A stretch of 64,000 nucleotides of DNA, taken from contig CAVYQE010000001.1 of assembly GCA_963770565.1 (NCBI GenBank), forward strand, positions 1,184,001 to 1,248,000. Direction: 5' to 3'. The notes below the pieces were generated by a model. That model saw nothing but the letters and a program-made list of their open reading frames with translations. It did no database searches and had not been told where the DNA came from. The position numbers were made by a program, and so were the translations under genes. Source of the DNA: an uncultured Actinomycetota bacterium (lineage in GTDB: Bacteria; Actinomycetota; Actinomycetes; JAFAQI01). Positions 46,101-55,996 of the stretch are shown here, in pieces (the first letter of the stretch is position 1; the number at the start of each line of letters is the position of its first letter).

Positions 46101-46859
46101 TCAGTGCTTGTCGGACTGCAGAGCGTTGGCGAGGGTGCCTTGTGCGGCTTGCTCGCTGACCTTGTCGCCACCCGGCCCATGCAGGACAAACGCGATCCCG
46201 ACGGCCGCGACGACGCCGGCGAGCGGTCCCGCGACGTACACCCAGTAGCTGGTGAATGTCGTGGATGCAAGGTCCGGGCCGAAGGTGCGGGCCGGGTTCA
46301 TCGACGCGCCGGAGATCGGGCTGCCCCACAGCCCGGCCAAAGCGACATAGCCGCTGACGCCGAGAGCGCCGAAGATCCCGACGTTCTGGGCGCCGGAGGC
46401 GGTGCCCAGGATCACACTGACCAGCCCGACGGTGAGGATGAACTCCATCCAGAACGCCGCCCCGGCCGAGTAACCCGCTGCTGGAAAGTTCGATCCGTAA
46501 CTGGCGGAGACGTTGATCACAGCATGCAGGAACAGTGCCGCGAGGGTGGCCCCGACGAGCTGGACCAGGACGTAGCCCGGGACTCGCTGCCACGGGAAGT
46601 CACGTCGGAGCGCAAAGGCGATGCTGACTGCCGGGTTGAGATGGGCGCCGGAGATCTTGCCCATGAACAGGATGATCGCCATCACCATCAGGGCCGGTGC
46701 AACGACGGCGGCTTGGTGGCTGATGACTCCCGGGAAGGCGTGGCCCATCATGCCGGCGCCGGCCGCGACCAGCACCAGGAAGAAGGTGCCGAGCAGCTCG
46801 GCGAACAACCGCCGCCACTCTTGCCGTGGATCGTTGAAGTCGGCGATCCGCTTGAGCAC
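46101..46859 (-). CDS. MIP/aquaporin family channel
   Basis: AELLGTF, SGAHLNPAVS and GASMNPAR motifs. The N-terminus may extend upstream (see findings). Confidence 0.92.
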   Translation of the reverse strand: MLKRIADFNDPRQEWRRLFAELLGTFFLVLVAAGAGMMGHAFPGVISHQAAVVAPALMVMAIILFMGKISGAHLNPAVSIAFALRRDFPWQRVPGYVLVQLVGATLAALFLHAVINVSASYGSNFPAAGYSAGAAFWMEFILTVGLVSVILGTASGAQNVGIFGALGVSGYVALAGLWGSPISGASMNPARTFGPDLASTTFTSYWVYVAGPLAGVVAAVGIAFVLHGPGGDKVSEQAAQGTLANALQSDKH

Positions 46860-46923
46860 GGCCCGTTCGTAGTGGGCGAGCGGACCCGCTTGGACTCCGT
46901 CGCTGCTCGTGGGGTGCTCCGTC

Positions 46924-47226
46924 TCACGCCTCGTAACGGGTGGGCGGGAACGGGTGCTCCTCGGTCAGCGGGTAGAGCTCGCCCTCGGACGCTTGCCGAT
47001 CGATCTCAGCACCTTCCTCCAGGTATTCCTCGGTCTCGGTGACGTCGAACTCCTGGCCCTCATCAGTTGCTGCCGGGACATCCGCGGGGTCGTAGTCATC
47101 GAGTCCCGCCGCCACCCGCTCGCTCTCGGTCCGCTGGGCAAGCGCGTCATCATCGGGATGGGTGGGTGCGCCGCCGTGCTCGCGCCGGTCCCGGCGAATC
47201 TCTTGCCCCTCGTCATTCGTTGACAT
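46924..47226 (-). CDS. Small acidic hypothetical protein
   Basis: GGAGG SD before MSTNDEG; 100 aa, strongly Asp/Glu-rich. Confidence 0.65.
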   Translation of the reverse strand: MSTNDEGQEIRRDRREHGGAPTHPDDDALAQRTESERVAAGLDDYDPADVPAATDEGQEFDVTETEEYLEEGAEIDRQASEGELYPLTEEHPFPPTRYEA

Positions 47227-47492
47227 CGAACCTCCCAGATGTTCGGTCACTGCAACGATAGGTCTCGCATGCGGGTGGTCAGCGCGCGGCCAGGTGCCAG
47301 CGGTAAGGCACGACCAAGCGAGTGAGCGAGCGCTCCGGACGCCACGTGCCCGGTCGGTACGGCTCAACCGCCGGCGGACTCTCCAGCAGGCATGGGCAAA
47401 CCTCCCATCGCCGTTCGACCGGCTCCGATCGTCGATCACCGGGATGTAGCCGCGGCGTTCGTGCCGAACGCGGCCGGCCCTCAGCCGACTGG

Positions 47493-47825
47493 CTATGCCG
47501 GGTCGGCTTGATCCGGCGTCAAAGCGAATCCGTCGGCGTAGCACCAGCCCCACGTGTCGCCGGCGGACTGGTTGGCAATCACGGCGTGCCCGGTGTCGGT
47601 GAAGTGCGCAGTCGCATGGCGACGGGGCGAGGACTCACAGCAACCGGTATGGCCGCAGACCAAGCAGCGTCGGAGCTCAACCCAGGTGGTGCTGTCGTTC
47701 GGGCATTCCTTGCAGGCGTCCGGTGGATCTGCCGGGGCCGGTGGTACCGCGATCGTGTGGAGATGGCCGCAGATCACCGCCCGAGCTCCGGGCTGGTCGT
47801 CCCACAGCTCGTGCCATCCGTTCAT
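47493..47825 (-). CDS. UBP-type zinc finger domain protein
   Basis: C.EC...W..LR.CL.CGH.GCC.SSP.RHAT.HF...GH...W.WCY.D pattern. Confidence 0.85.
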   Translation of the reverse strand: MNGWHELWDDQPGARAVICGHLHTIAVPPAPADPPDACKECPNDSTTWVELRRCLVCGHTGCCESSPRRHATAHFTDTGHAVIANQSAGDTWGWCYADGFALTPDQADPA

Positions 47826-47984
47826 GGCTCCACCATCGCTCTGCCCACGGCTTCCCCTTTCGCTGCCCCCGGCCAGGCCATCATGCCGGTTCGCCAACGC
47901 ACGACGCCGCGACCGGTCGCTCAGGTCATCTGACCGCCGCTTTCGGGGCGGTCAGGACCGTGGGCGACCAGTCGCGGGCGCCGG

Positions 47985-48785
47985 TTACAGGTGGTGGTCG
48001 GCCATCCAGCCGAGGCACGCCTCAGCGACCCCCTGCCAGCCGTGATCGATGGTGAGGGAGTGTCCGCGGTCCTCGAACTCGAGCAGGTCGGTCTCGGCGT
48101 TCGAATGCCGGTACTGCTTCAGGGTGGACTTCGTGATCGCCTCGGGGACGGTGTGGTCCTGACCGCCCATGACCAGCAGCAGCGGACCGCGCTGCTGATT
48201 GTCGGTAGCAACCTTCGCGGGGGAGTGCAGGGAGAAGTTCGCACTCGCCGCTTCGAATAGTGGGAGCCCTGGTGCCGGGATCGCCCAGCGCTCGAAGAGC
48301 GTGTTCGACTCGTCTTCGGGGATGGCGTTTCCGAAGCTGTATCGGAACTGCTCGGCGGTGAGTGACACGGCCTTGTGCCTGTTGGTCGGGTTCTTGAACA
48401 CCGGCAGTGTCGAGTGCAGCGCAGACAGCGGAAGCGGGAGGACTCCCTTGATCTGCGCGGCGTCGATCCCGATCGCGGCCGCACCGTAGTTCTCGCCGAG
48501 CAGCTTCTGGGCGATCATGCCGCCGAAGGAGTGCCCGATGATCACTGGCAGCGCGGTGAGGTCCTCGATGATCTTGACGTAGTGCTCGGTGACCTCCTCG
48601 ATGCCACGGTTCGCGAGCGCGTCCGGGTTCTCGCGAGCGCCCGCAACTGTGCCGGGGTCGCCGGGCCAGCCAGGTGCGATCGGCGCGTAGCCGTTCTGCT
48701 CGAACAGTGCGATCCAGGGCTCCCAGGACGAAGCGTGGAGCCAGAGACCGTGGATGAACACGACTGGCGTGGGTTGCGTACTCAT
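47985..48785 (-). CDS. Alpha/beta hydrolase (non-heme haloperoxidase-like)
   Basis: FIHGLW, GHSFGG, DHTVP and RGHSL motifs; AAAGGAG SD. Confidence 0.88.
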   Translation of the reverse strand: MSTQPTPVVFIHGLWLHASSWEPWIALFEQNGYAPIAPGWPGDPGTVAGARENPDALANRGIEEVTEHYVKIIEDLTALPVIIGHSFGGMIAQKLLGENYGAAAIGIDAAQIKGVLPLPLSALHSTLPVFKNPTNRHKAVSLTAEQFRYSFGNAIPEDESNTLFERWAIPAPGLPLFEAASANFSLHSPAKVATDNQQRGPLLLVMGGQDHTVPEAITKSTLKQYRHSNAETDLLEFEDRGHSLTIDHGWQGVAEACLGWMADHHL

Positions 48786-49368
48786 GAGTCTCCTTTGCTG
48801 GTGGCTGAAGTGCTTCGGTAGCGGCTCACGTCGCGACAGCGGCCTTCTCGATATCGGCTTCGCGACCGCAGTCGGCGTGCTGACCATCGGAAGAGGCGAG
48901 GTCTTCCGCCTGGCGATGCGGCGCCGGCGTGATGCTCCATCGCCAGTTGGCGGACGACCCGTGGTCACCCTAATCAAGGGTCCCGATCTCGGCTCCCAGC
49001 GGGGTCGGTCGCCGGTGTGAATACCTACCGGGCGTACCGCGAGCCCTGCCTGCGTCACCCGGCCTCCACCACCGTTAAGCCAACCGGGCCGCGAGGGCCG
49101 TTCGAGTCGCCTGCAGTGTGCCGGCGTTCGAGCGGCCCTCGCGCATCTGTCGCGATGGTCCAGCACCGGCCAGGTGAACGGCCACGTACCGTTGGCGCCA
49201 CGGCGCAAGATCCGGAGATGGTGGCCTGATGCGTTGAGTGTGGGGGCGCGGACGTGCGGCTGCCCGTTACGACGGATCGTCCCCGAATGGTCCGGCGGCC
49301 CACTCCGGACCGACCTCTTCGCCGAGCAAGGCGGACAGAATGAACGTCGCGACCAGGAGGTAGCTGTC

Positions 49369-50442
49369 ATGGATACGACGACGACATTCGCCGCGGATGC
49401 TGGCCGGTACGACGCGATGGGCTACCGCCGGTCGGGGCGGAGCGGGGTCTTCCTGCCGCTGGTGTCGTTGGGGTTCTGGCAGAACTTCGGCGGTGACCGC
49501 CCGTTGGAGCTCCAGCGTTCGATTGTGCGTCGGGCGTTCGACCTCGGCATCACGCACTTCGACCTGGCGAACAACTACGGGCCGCCGTATGGCGTCGCGG
49601 AAGAGAACGTCGGGCGGCTGCTGGCCCAGGACTTCGCGGGCTACCGCGACGAGCTCATCATCAGCACAAAGGCGGGCTGGGATATGTGGCCCGGCCCGTA
49701 CGGCGATCACGGGTCGCGGAAGTATCTGTTGGCCAGCCTCGACCAGTCCTTGTCGCGGCTCGGCCTGGACCACGTCGACATCTTCTACTCGCATCGCCCG
49801 GATCCGGGGACGCCGTTGGAGGAGACGATGGGCGCCCTGCACACCGCGGTACAGCAGGGCAAGGCACTCTACGTCGGGATCTCTTCCTACGGTCGGGAGC
49901 GCACCCGGCAGGCCGCAGCGATCCTGCGCGACCTCGGCACGCCATTGCTGATCCACGAACCGTCGTACTCGATGCTCAACCGATGGGTCGAGCACGGCCT
50001 GCTCGACGTCCTCGAGGAGATCGGCGCCGGCGCGATCGCCTTCACGGCTCTTGCGCAGGGATTGCTCACGCCGAAATACCTCGACGGCATCCCGGGGGAC
50101 TCGCGGGCTGCAGCCCACAACTCCACCCTGTCCCAAGATGTGTTGACCTCACATCGGCAGCGCTTGCGTGAGCTCAACATGCTCGCGGCCGAGCGGGGGC
50201 AATCACTGCCACAGATGGCGCTGTCGTGGGTGCTGCGGGATCCGCGCGTCACCTCCGTCGTGGTGGGCGCCAGCTCGGTCCGGCAACTCGAGGACAACAT
50301 CGCGGCCACCGAACAACTCGAGTTCACCTCGGACGAGCTCGCGGCGATCGACGAAGTCGCCACGGACGACCCTCAGGTCGACCTGTGGCGAGACCAGTCC
50401 CAGATCGGCGTCGACCCGCGCGCCCCGCACAATCTGAGCTGA
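49369..50442 (+). CDS. mgrA: Aldo/keto reductase, L-glyceraldehyde 3-phosphate reductase (YghZ/Gpr type)
   Basis: FDLANNYGPPYG, STKAG.DMWPGPYG..GSRKYL and FYSHR.D motifs; AGGAGG SD. Confidence 0.9.
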   Translation: MDTTTTFAADAGRYDAMGYRRSGRSGVFLPLVSLGFWQNFGGDRPLELQRSIVRRAFDLGITHFDLANNYGPPYGVAEENVGRLLAQDFAGYRDELIISTKAGWDMWPGPYGDHGSRKYLLASLDQSLSRLGLDHVDIFYSHRPDPGTPLEETMGALHTAVQQGKALYVGISSYGRERTRQAAAILRDLGTPLLIHEPSYSMLNRWVEHGLLDVLEEIGAGAIAFTALAQGLLTPKYLDGIPGDSRAAAHNSTLSQDVLTSHRQRLRELNMLAAERGQSLPQMALSWVLRDPRVTSVVVGASSVRQLEDNIAATEQLEFTSDELAAIDEVATDDPQVDLWRDQSQIGVDPRAPHNLS

Positions 50443-50637
50443 CGCCGCCGACCGCCTGGTCAGCCGGGACGTGTACCAGGGCTTCCTACGGGCGCGACGG
50501 GCCGGCGTCAGAGCCACGCTGATCTCGACCCGACGGATGGAGGTCTCCTGGCTCCACTCTTGCCCTCGCGTCACCAAACCACTAGGCGATGTCGGTCGCG
50601 ACGCGGAGTGCTTGGATGGGTCGGCGAGGTGATTGAC

Positions 50638-51660
50638 GTGGTGGTATCACAGGACGTGTTGCCGCAGCGCGCAGGCGCGGCAATCTTCTTGGTGGCGACG
50701 GTGGAGGTTGGCGCCGAAACCGATGTTCGCCAGTTGCTGGCGGACCTGTCGGGGCTGACGAGGTCGGTGGGGTTCCGTCTTCCGGACCGCGACTTGAGTT
50801 GTGTGGTTGGGATTGGCGCTGCGTTGTGGGATCGCTTGTTCGCAGGTCCGCGTCCGGCGTCGCTGCATCCGTTTCAGGAGATTGTCGGCACGCGCCACAT
50901 CGCGGTGTCGACGGCGGGCGACCTGCTCTTTCACCTGCGGGCGCACCAGATCGATGTGTGCTTTGAACTGGCGCGCCAGTTGACCCTCCGCTTGGCTGGT
51001 CGGGCGCAGGTGGTCGACGAGGTCCATGGGTTCACGTACTTCGATCAGCGTGACCTGATGGGCTTTGTCGACGGCACCGAGAACCCGACCGGGGCGGCGG
51101 CCGAGGCCGCCGCATTCATCAACGCGAGCGATCCGGACTTTGCCGGGGGCAGCTACGTCATCGTGCAGAAGTATCTGCACGACCTCGACGCGTGGGACGC
51201 ATTGCCGGTTGAGCAGCAGGAGCGCGTTGTGGGACGTACCAAACTCAGCGACATCGAGCTGTCCGATGAAACCAAGCCCTCGAACTCGCACGTCGCGCTG
51301 AACACGATCGTTGGTGACGATGGCGTCGAACGCCAGATCGTCCGGGAGAACATGGCATTCGGCCGGCCCGGGGCCGGCGAGTTCGGCACCTACTTTATCG
51401 GTTACGCCGCGGATCCTGAGGTGACCGAACTGATGCTTCACAACATGTTCATCGGCAAGCCAATGGGGAACTACGACCGGATCCTCGACTTCTCGACGGC
51501 TGTGACCGGCGCGCTATTCTTCGTGCCGAGCGTTGACTTTCTCGACGATCTGCCCGGCCTGCCGACAGCTGCGCTGCCAGCAGCGAAATCCGGGCACGAC
51601 GACGATGTGCAATCGCTTGACCGATCCTTGCGAATCGGCAGTTTGAAGGGGACCGACTGA
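50638..51660 (+). CDS. DyP-type peroxidase with C-terminal encapsulin targeting peptide
   Basis: GFVDGTENP, QKYLH, NSHV and R.NM.FG motifs; C-terminus SLRIGSLKG. Start approximate. Confidence 0.92.
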   Translation: MVVSQDVLPQRAGAAIFLVATVEVGAETDVRQLLADLSGLTRSVGFRLPDRDLSCVVGIGAALWDRLFAGPRPASLHPFQEIVGTRHIAVSTAGDLLFHLRAHQIDVCFELARQLTLRLAGRAQVVDEVHGFTYFDQRDLMGFVDGTENPTGAAAEAAAFINASDPDFAGGSYVIVQKYLHDLDAWDALPVEQQERVVGRTKLSDIELSDETKPSNSHVALNTIVGDDGVERQIVRENMAFGRPGAGEFGTYFIGYAADPEVTELMLHNMFIGKPMGNYDRILDFSTAVTGALFFVPSVDFLDDLPGLPTAALPAAKSGHDDDVQSLDRSLRIGSLKGTD

Positions 51661-52466
51661 TGGACAACCTGAACCGTGAGCTCGCGCCGATCGCTGACGC
51701 AGCCTGGGCCGAGATCGAGGCAGAGGCCCATCGCACCTTCATCAGGCACGTCGCTGCGCGTCGAGTCGTCGACCTCGTTGGGCCGTCGGGTCCGACGTTG
51801 GCCGGCGTGGGCACGGGACATGCCCGAGACCTCGACCCACCAGCAGGCGGAGTGCTCGCACGATGCCGCGAGTTTGCGCCAGTAGTTGAGTTCCGGGTCC
51901 CGTTCACCATCGACCGGCGAGCGGTTGACGACGTGGAGCGTGGAGCCAAGGACTCCGACTGGCAACCGGTGAAGGACGCAGCCAAACAGATCGCGTACGC
52001 CGAGGATGGTGCGATCTTCGCCGGCTATGCCGCCGCCGGTATCGAGGGGATCAGTGCCAGCACCTCCAACCCGGCAGTGGCGCTCCCCTCCGACGTCCGC
52101 GAGTATCCGACCGCGGTGGCGCATGCGCTCAGTGGACTTCGGCTGGCCGGTGTCGGTGGTCCCTACAGCCTGTTGCTCCCTGCCGAGATCTATACCGAGA
52201 TCGCGGAGACCACCGATCACGGCTATCCGATCCGCGAGCACATCGCTCGCGTGATCGAGGGTGGCGACATCATCTGGGCGCCGGCTGCCGAGGAGGGTTT
52301 CCTGCTCTCGACCCGAGGCGGCGATTACGAGCTGCACCTCGGCCAGGACGTGTCGATCGGCTATCTCTCACACGACGCCGACCACATCACGTTGTACTTC
52401 CAGGAGTCACTGACCTTCATCGTCCAGACCAGCGAAGCGGGTGTCGTCCTCACCGGCGCCGGCTGA
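51660..52466 (+). CDS. Family 1 encapsulin shell protein (linocin M18/CFP29)
   Basis: MDNLNRELAPI...AW..IE, RRVVD, ERGA.D, RGGDY.L.LGQDVSIGY and ESLTF motifs. Confidence 0.95.
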   Translation: MDNLNRELAPIADAAWAEIEAEAHRTFIRHVAARRVVDLVGPSGPTLAGVGTGHARDLDPPAGGVLARCREFAPVVEFRVPFTIDRRAVDDVERGAKDSDWQPVKDAAKQIAYAEDGAIFAGYAAAGIEGISASTSNPAVALPSDVREYPTAVAHALSGLRLAGVGGPYSLLLPAEIYTEIAETTDHGYPIREHIARVIEGGDIIWAPAAEEGFLLSTRGGDYELHLGQDVSIGYLSHDADHITLYFQESLTFIVQTSEAGVVLTGAG

Positions 52467-52484
52467 CCGCCACCGTTCACTGCA

Positions 52485-53158
52485 TCAGGTCGGCAGTTCC
52501 CCGCCGGCCCGCTCCTGCACGATGAAGTCGGCGTACCAGTCGGGCCAGTCGGGGTCTGCGTGGCCGATCCGCACCTCGTGCTCACCGTGGGCCGCCGCCG
52601 CGCGGCGAAGGGCGCCCGCCAGGTCGGACGTGGACCCAAACTCGGTCTGCGCGGAGTCGATCCGCCCGGGCAGCCGCGTCGTGACCTCCTGCACCAGCCA
52701 GCCGTTGCCGTCGGGATCGTCGAACGACACGAACGAGCCGTAGCTCTTGTGATCGGCGGGGGGCCGCTGACCCGGCCGCTCGCGGCGGCCTGGAACCGCG
52801 CGCCGCGGGTGCCTTCGTGGAACACCTCGCTGGCCCGTACACCGCGGGCCGTGAGGTCGTCACGCGCGGCCTCGATGTCGGCCACGATCAGGTACAGGGC
52901 CTGGGCCGAACCTGGCGTTGCAGGCGTCAGGTTCTGGCCGAACTGGATGGAGCAGGACGAGCCGGGCGGCGTGAACTGGACCAGCCGGAAATCGTCACTG
53001 GCGACGTCGGCGTCGAGCCTCCAGTCGAGACGGCCGTAGAACTCCTTTGCGCGATCAATGTCCGAGACCGGGATGACGATCACTTCGAGCTTCATGTCGA
53101 CGTTCGTGACGCCGATCTTCCCGCTCGCGTCCTTGCTGAGAACATCCGTCGTGCTCAT
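52485..53158 (-). pseudogene. VOC/glyoxalase family protein with frameshift at a C6 run (52758-52763)
   Basis: The N-terminal part MKLEV...GRVSGP and the C-terminal part DHKSYGSFVSFDDPDGNGWLVQE lie in different frames. The intact paralog at 58873 has them contiguous. Confidence 0.8.
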
Positions 53159-53311
53159 GCCGCCTCCTCAAGTTGTCGAATGAGGTCAGACTCCCGCAAG
53201 GACGGCGGCGTCGAGCCAGGCAAACCCCCTGGCCTCCCCTGGCCACGGTGCGGGTCACGACCAGCTTCCGGCCGGCTGCCGGGTCGCGGCGGCGCGGGTT
53301 CGGCCAGCGCG

Positions 53312-54316
53312 TTATTGGGGGCTGACCGTGCAGGTCCTGCCGCCGGGGATGGGAGTGCAGGTGGTGTGACCCCTTGGAAGCCGCTGCGCGGACGCCACTG
53401 ACGACGCACCAGCCGAGTTGGGGCTGACGACGATCTTGAAGTTGTAAGTGTCCAGCGGGAAGGTCGACAGCGTCGGCAAGGTGGCGCTCGAGTCGATTTG
53501 GATGAAGTAGAACATCAGCACCACGTGCCCGGGACTCGCGACGTAGGTGAAGTTGTAGGTGTAGCCGAAGCTCGAGTCGAACTGGTAAGGCAGCGGCAGC
53601 CAGGCACCGGGGTTGTTGGCCGGCGCCGGCGTCATGAACACCTGCAGCGATCCGCTGTCGAGTACCGACTGGGTCAGCGCGGGCACCGATACGTCGTCGT
53701 AGCGGGTGAAGTACTCGGTGTACGAACCAGGGCTGGTCTCGAAGACGTAGTTGGAGTTCCAGAGAAAGTCCGCTGACGGTGGCGAGGTGACGTAGGTCGT
53801 CGGCTTATCCGGCGGTGCGTAGTAGCCGAGCACGCGGACGGTGACGGTCACTTTCCCGGTCCGGTTCAATAGCGCGATCTTGCCGCCTTGACCCACTCGG
53901 ATCGTGAGCTGCTGGAGCTCGGACTGTCCGACCTTCCAACGCAGCGAGGGCTGCGGGCTACCGGTCCCGTACGGATAGACGTCGAGCGTGCCGTTGGTGG
54001 TTCCTGCGGAGACGCTCACGCTCAGCAGGACGGACGTGGCCGAGATCGGCACGGTGGTCTTGCCACCGGCCACGACGGGTCGGGCCGTCCCGTTCGCCTT
54101 GATGACGCGGCTGCTGAGCACACTGACCGGATGGAGCGCCGTGTACACCGACGGCGCGGCCGGAGTCGAATGCGTGGCATTGGCCAACCCCGTTGTCGCG
54201 AGGCTGGCCGCGGCCGCGACACCAACAGCAGCCAGCACACGGCGGCGCTTGCCTCGCCAGCTGCTGACCGTCTGGTCCGACTCGGATCGTTCGATCCTGA
54301 TGCTGACAACGCGCAT
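53312..54316 (-). CDS. Secreted hypothetical protein
   Basis: Basic KRRR followed by a hydrophobic signal-like segment; beta-rich domain (VP.SATSVLLSVSV...DVYP...VRVLGYY). Confidence 0.65.
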   Translation of the reverse strand: MRVVSIRIERSESDQTVSSWRGKRRRVLAAVGVAAAASLATTGLANATHSTPAAPSVYTALHPVSVLSSRVIKANGTARPVVAGGKTTVPISATSVLLSVSVSAGTTNGTLDVYPYGTGSPQPSLRWKVGQSELQQLTIRVGQGGKIALLNRTGKVTVTVRVLGYYAPPDKPTTYVTSPPSADFLWNSNYVFETSPGSYTEYFTRYDDVSVPALTQSVLDSGSLQVFMTPAPANNPGAWLPLPYQFDSSFGYTYNFTYVASPGHVVLMFYFIQIDSSATLPTLSTFPLDTYNFKIVVSPNSAGASSVASAQRLPRGHTTCTPIPGGRTCTVSPQ

Positions 54317-54535
54317 GATGCCGGCCTCCCCCAGGTCGTCAAACTGGGGCAAATGCTAGGCCATCGCGACTTCTGGCGGGCGTTGCGTGGCCGAGTGTCG
54401 TGACGCCAAGTGGAGCGGGCTTCCTGACCCGGCCGGCTTGGTCGAGGGGTCCAAAGGACGTACCAAGAGCCTTGGTCGGGGCGCGTCAACACGGTTGCCA
54501 TGGCCACGGCCGACGCAGACCCTGACTCGCCGAGA

Positions 54536-55957
54536 TCAGGTCGTCGCGAGATGCCAGCGGTGCGGGGCGATCAGTCGAGTGAGCGACGGTTCGGGGCCCC
54601 AAGATCCTGGGCGGTAGGTCTCGACCGCGGGTGGGTTGTCGAGCAGAGGCGAGGAGATCTCCCATAGGCGCTCGACGCCGTCATCTCTGGTGAAGAGGGT
54701 CTGGTCGCCGAGCATCGCCTCAACGATGAGCCGCTCGTAGCCTTCGAGATCGTTGGCAGTGCAGAACGAGTCCTCGTACCGGAACTGCATGGTGGCAGCG
54801 CCCAGGATCATCTCCAGCCCTGGCTGCTTTGCCAAGAACCCGGTGCTGATCGACCCTGGGTCGGCGAAGTCGATGACAATCTCGTTCCCACGGTCGGTCG
54901 GCCCTTGCCGGTTCGAGGTGTGGAACATGCGAAGGGTCGGCCGGCGGAGACCGAGCGTGATCAGCTGCCGGCTGGCACCAAGTCGCTTTCCGCTGCGGAG
55001 AAAGAACGGCACCCCGGCCCACCGCCAGTTGTCGATCTCGACTCGCACCGCCGCCATCGTCTCGGTGGTGCTGTCGGGTGGCACGCCCAGCTCGTCGAGG
55101 TAGCCGTCGTACTGGCCGCGCACCACGTGGCGCACGTCGAGGGGCTTGACGGCGTCGAAGACCTTTGCTCGCTCATCGAGAAGGTGCTTGGCGTCCAGTG
55201 TTGTCGGGGGCTCCATGGCCACGAACCCCAGAACCTGGAACAGGTGGGTCACGATCATGTCGCGATAGGCGCCGGTGCCGTCGTAGAAGTCGGCCCGTCC
55301 TTCGATCGAGAGCGCCTCCGGGACGTCTATCTGCACGTAAGAGATGTGATCGCGGTTCCAGATCGGCTCGAACAGGCCGTTGGCGAACCGGAACGCCAGG
55401 ATGTTGTCCACCGCCTCCTTGCCGAGGAAGTGGTCGATCCGGAAGATCTGTAACTCGTCGAACGCCGTGTGCAGCTCCCGATCGAGATCCTGGGCGGAGC
55501 GAAGGTCAGTGCCGAACGGCTTCTCGACGATGATGCGGGCACCCTGCGCGAGGCCCGCCGCGACGAGCATGCCAACGGTCGGCTCGAATGCCGTCGGCGG
55601 GATCGCCAGGTGCAGCAGCCGGCGCGGAGCGCCGCCGACCTGGTCGGTGGCGCGCTGGACCGCGGCCTCCAGCGGCGCCGTGTCTCCGGGACTCGCGCGG
55701 CCGAAGGACAGCGTGCTCGCGAAGGCATCCCACGCGTCGCCGCTCGGCTTGCTGGCCCCGAACTCAGCCACCGCGTCTCGCGCGTGTTCGCGGAACTGCT
55801 CGTCGGTGCGGGCGCTTCGGGCCGTACCGACGATGCGAAATCTGGGCGGCAGAAGGCCGCGAATGGACAACTGGAACAGCCCCGGCAGCAGCTTGCGTTT
55901 CGCGAGGTCGCCCGTTGCACCGAACAGGACATACACGTGGTTGTCCGGGCCAGACAT
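54536..55957 (-). CDS. zwf: Glucose-6-phosphate 1-dehydrogenase
   Basis: FGATGDLAKRKL, EKPFG, RIDHFLGKE, RGQY and NWRW.GVPF motifs. Confidence 0.94.
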   Translation of the reverse strand: MSGPDNHVYVLFGATGDLAKRKLLPGLFQLSIRGLLPPRFRIVGTARSARTDEQFREHARDAVAEFGASKPSGDAWDAFASTLSFGRASPGDTAPLEAAVQRATDQVGGAPRRLLHLAIPPTAFEPTVGMLVAAGLAQGARIIVEKPFGTDLRSAQDLDRELHTAFDELQIFRIDHFLGKEAVDNILAFRFANGLFEPIWNRDHISYVQIDVPEALSIEGRADFYDGTGAYRDMIVTHLFQVLGFVAMEPPTTLDAKHLLDERAKVFDAVKPLDVRHVVRGQYDGYLDELGVPPDSTTETMAAVRVEIDNWRWAGVPFFLRSGKRLGASRQLITLGLRRPTLRMFHTSNRQGPTDRGNEIVIDFADPGSISTGFLAKQPGLEMILGAATMQFRYEDSFCTANDLEGYERLIVEAMLGDQTLFTRDDGVERLWEISSPLLDNPPAVETYRPGSWGPEPSLTRLIAPHRWHLATT

Positions 55958-55996
55958 AGGCAGTCCCTCCATCCCGTGCCCTGGGCAGGCTTCGGG

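Noticed and set aside
48786-49370. 195-aa N-terminal extension of the alpha/beta hydrolase (track ORF 47985..49370)
   Set aside because: The extension is Arg/Pro-rich non-coding-like sequence, and a strong AAAGGAG SD precedes ATG 48785.
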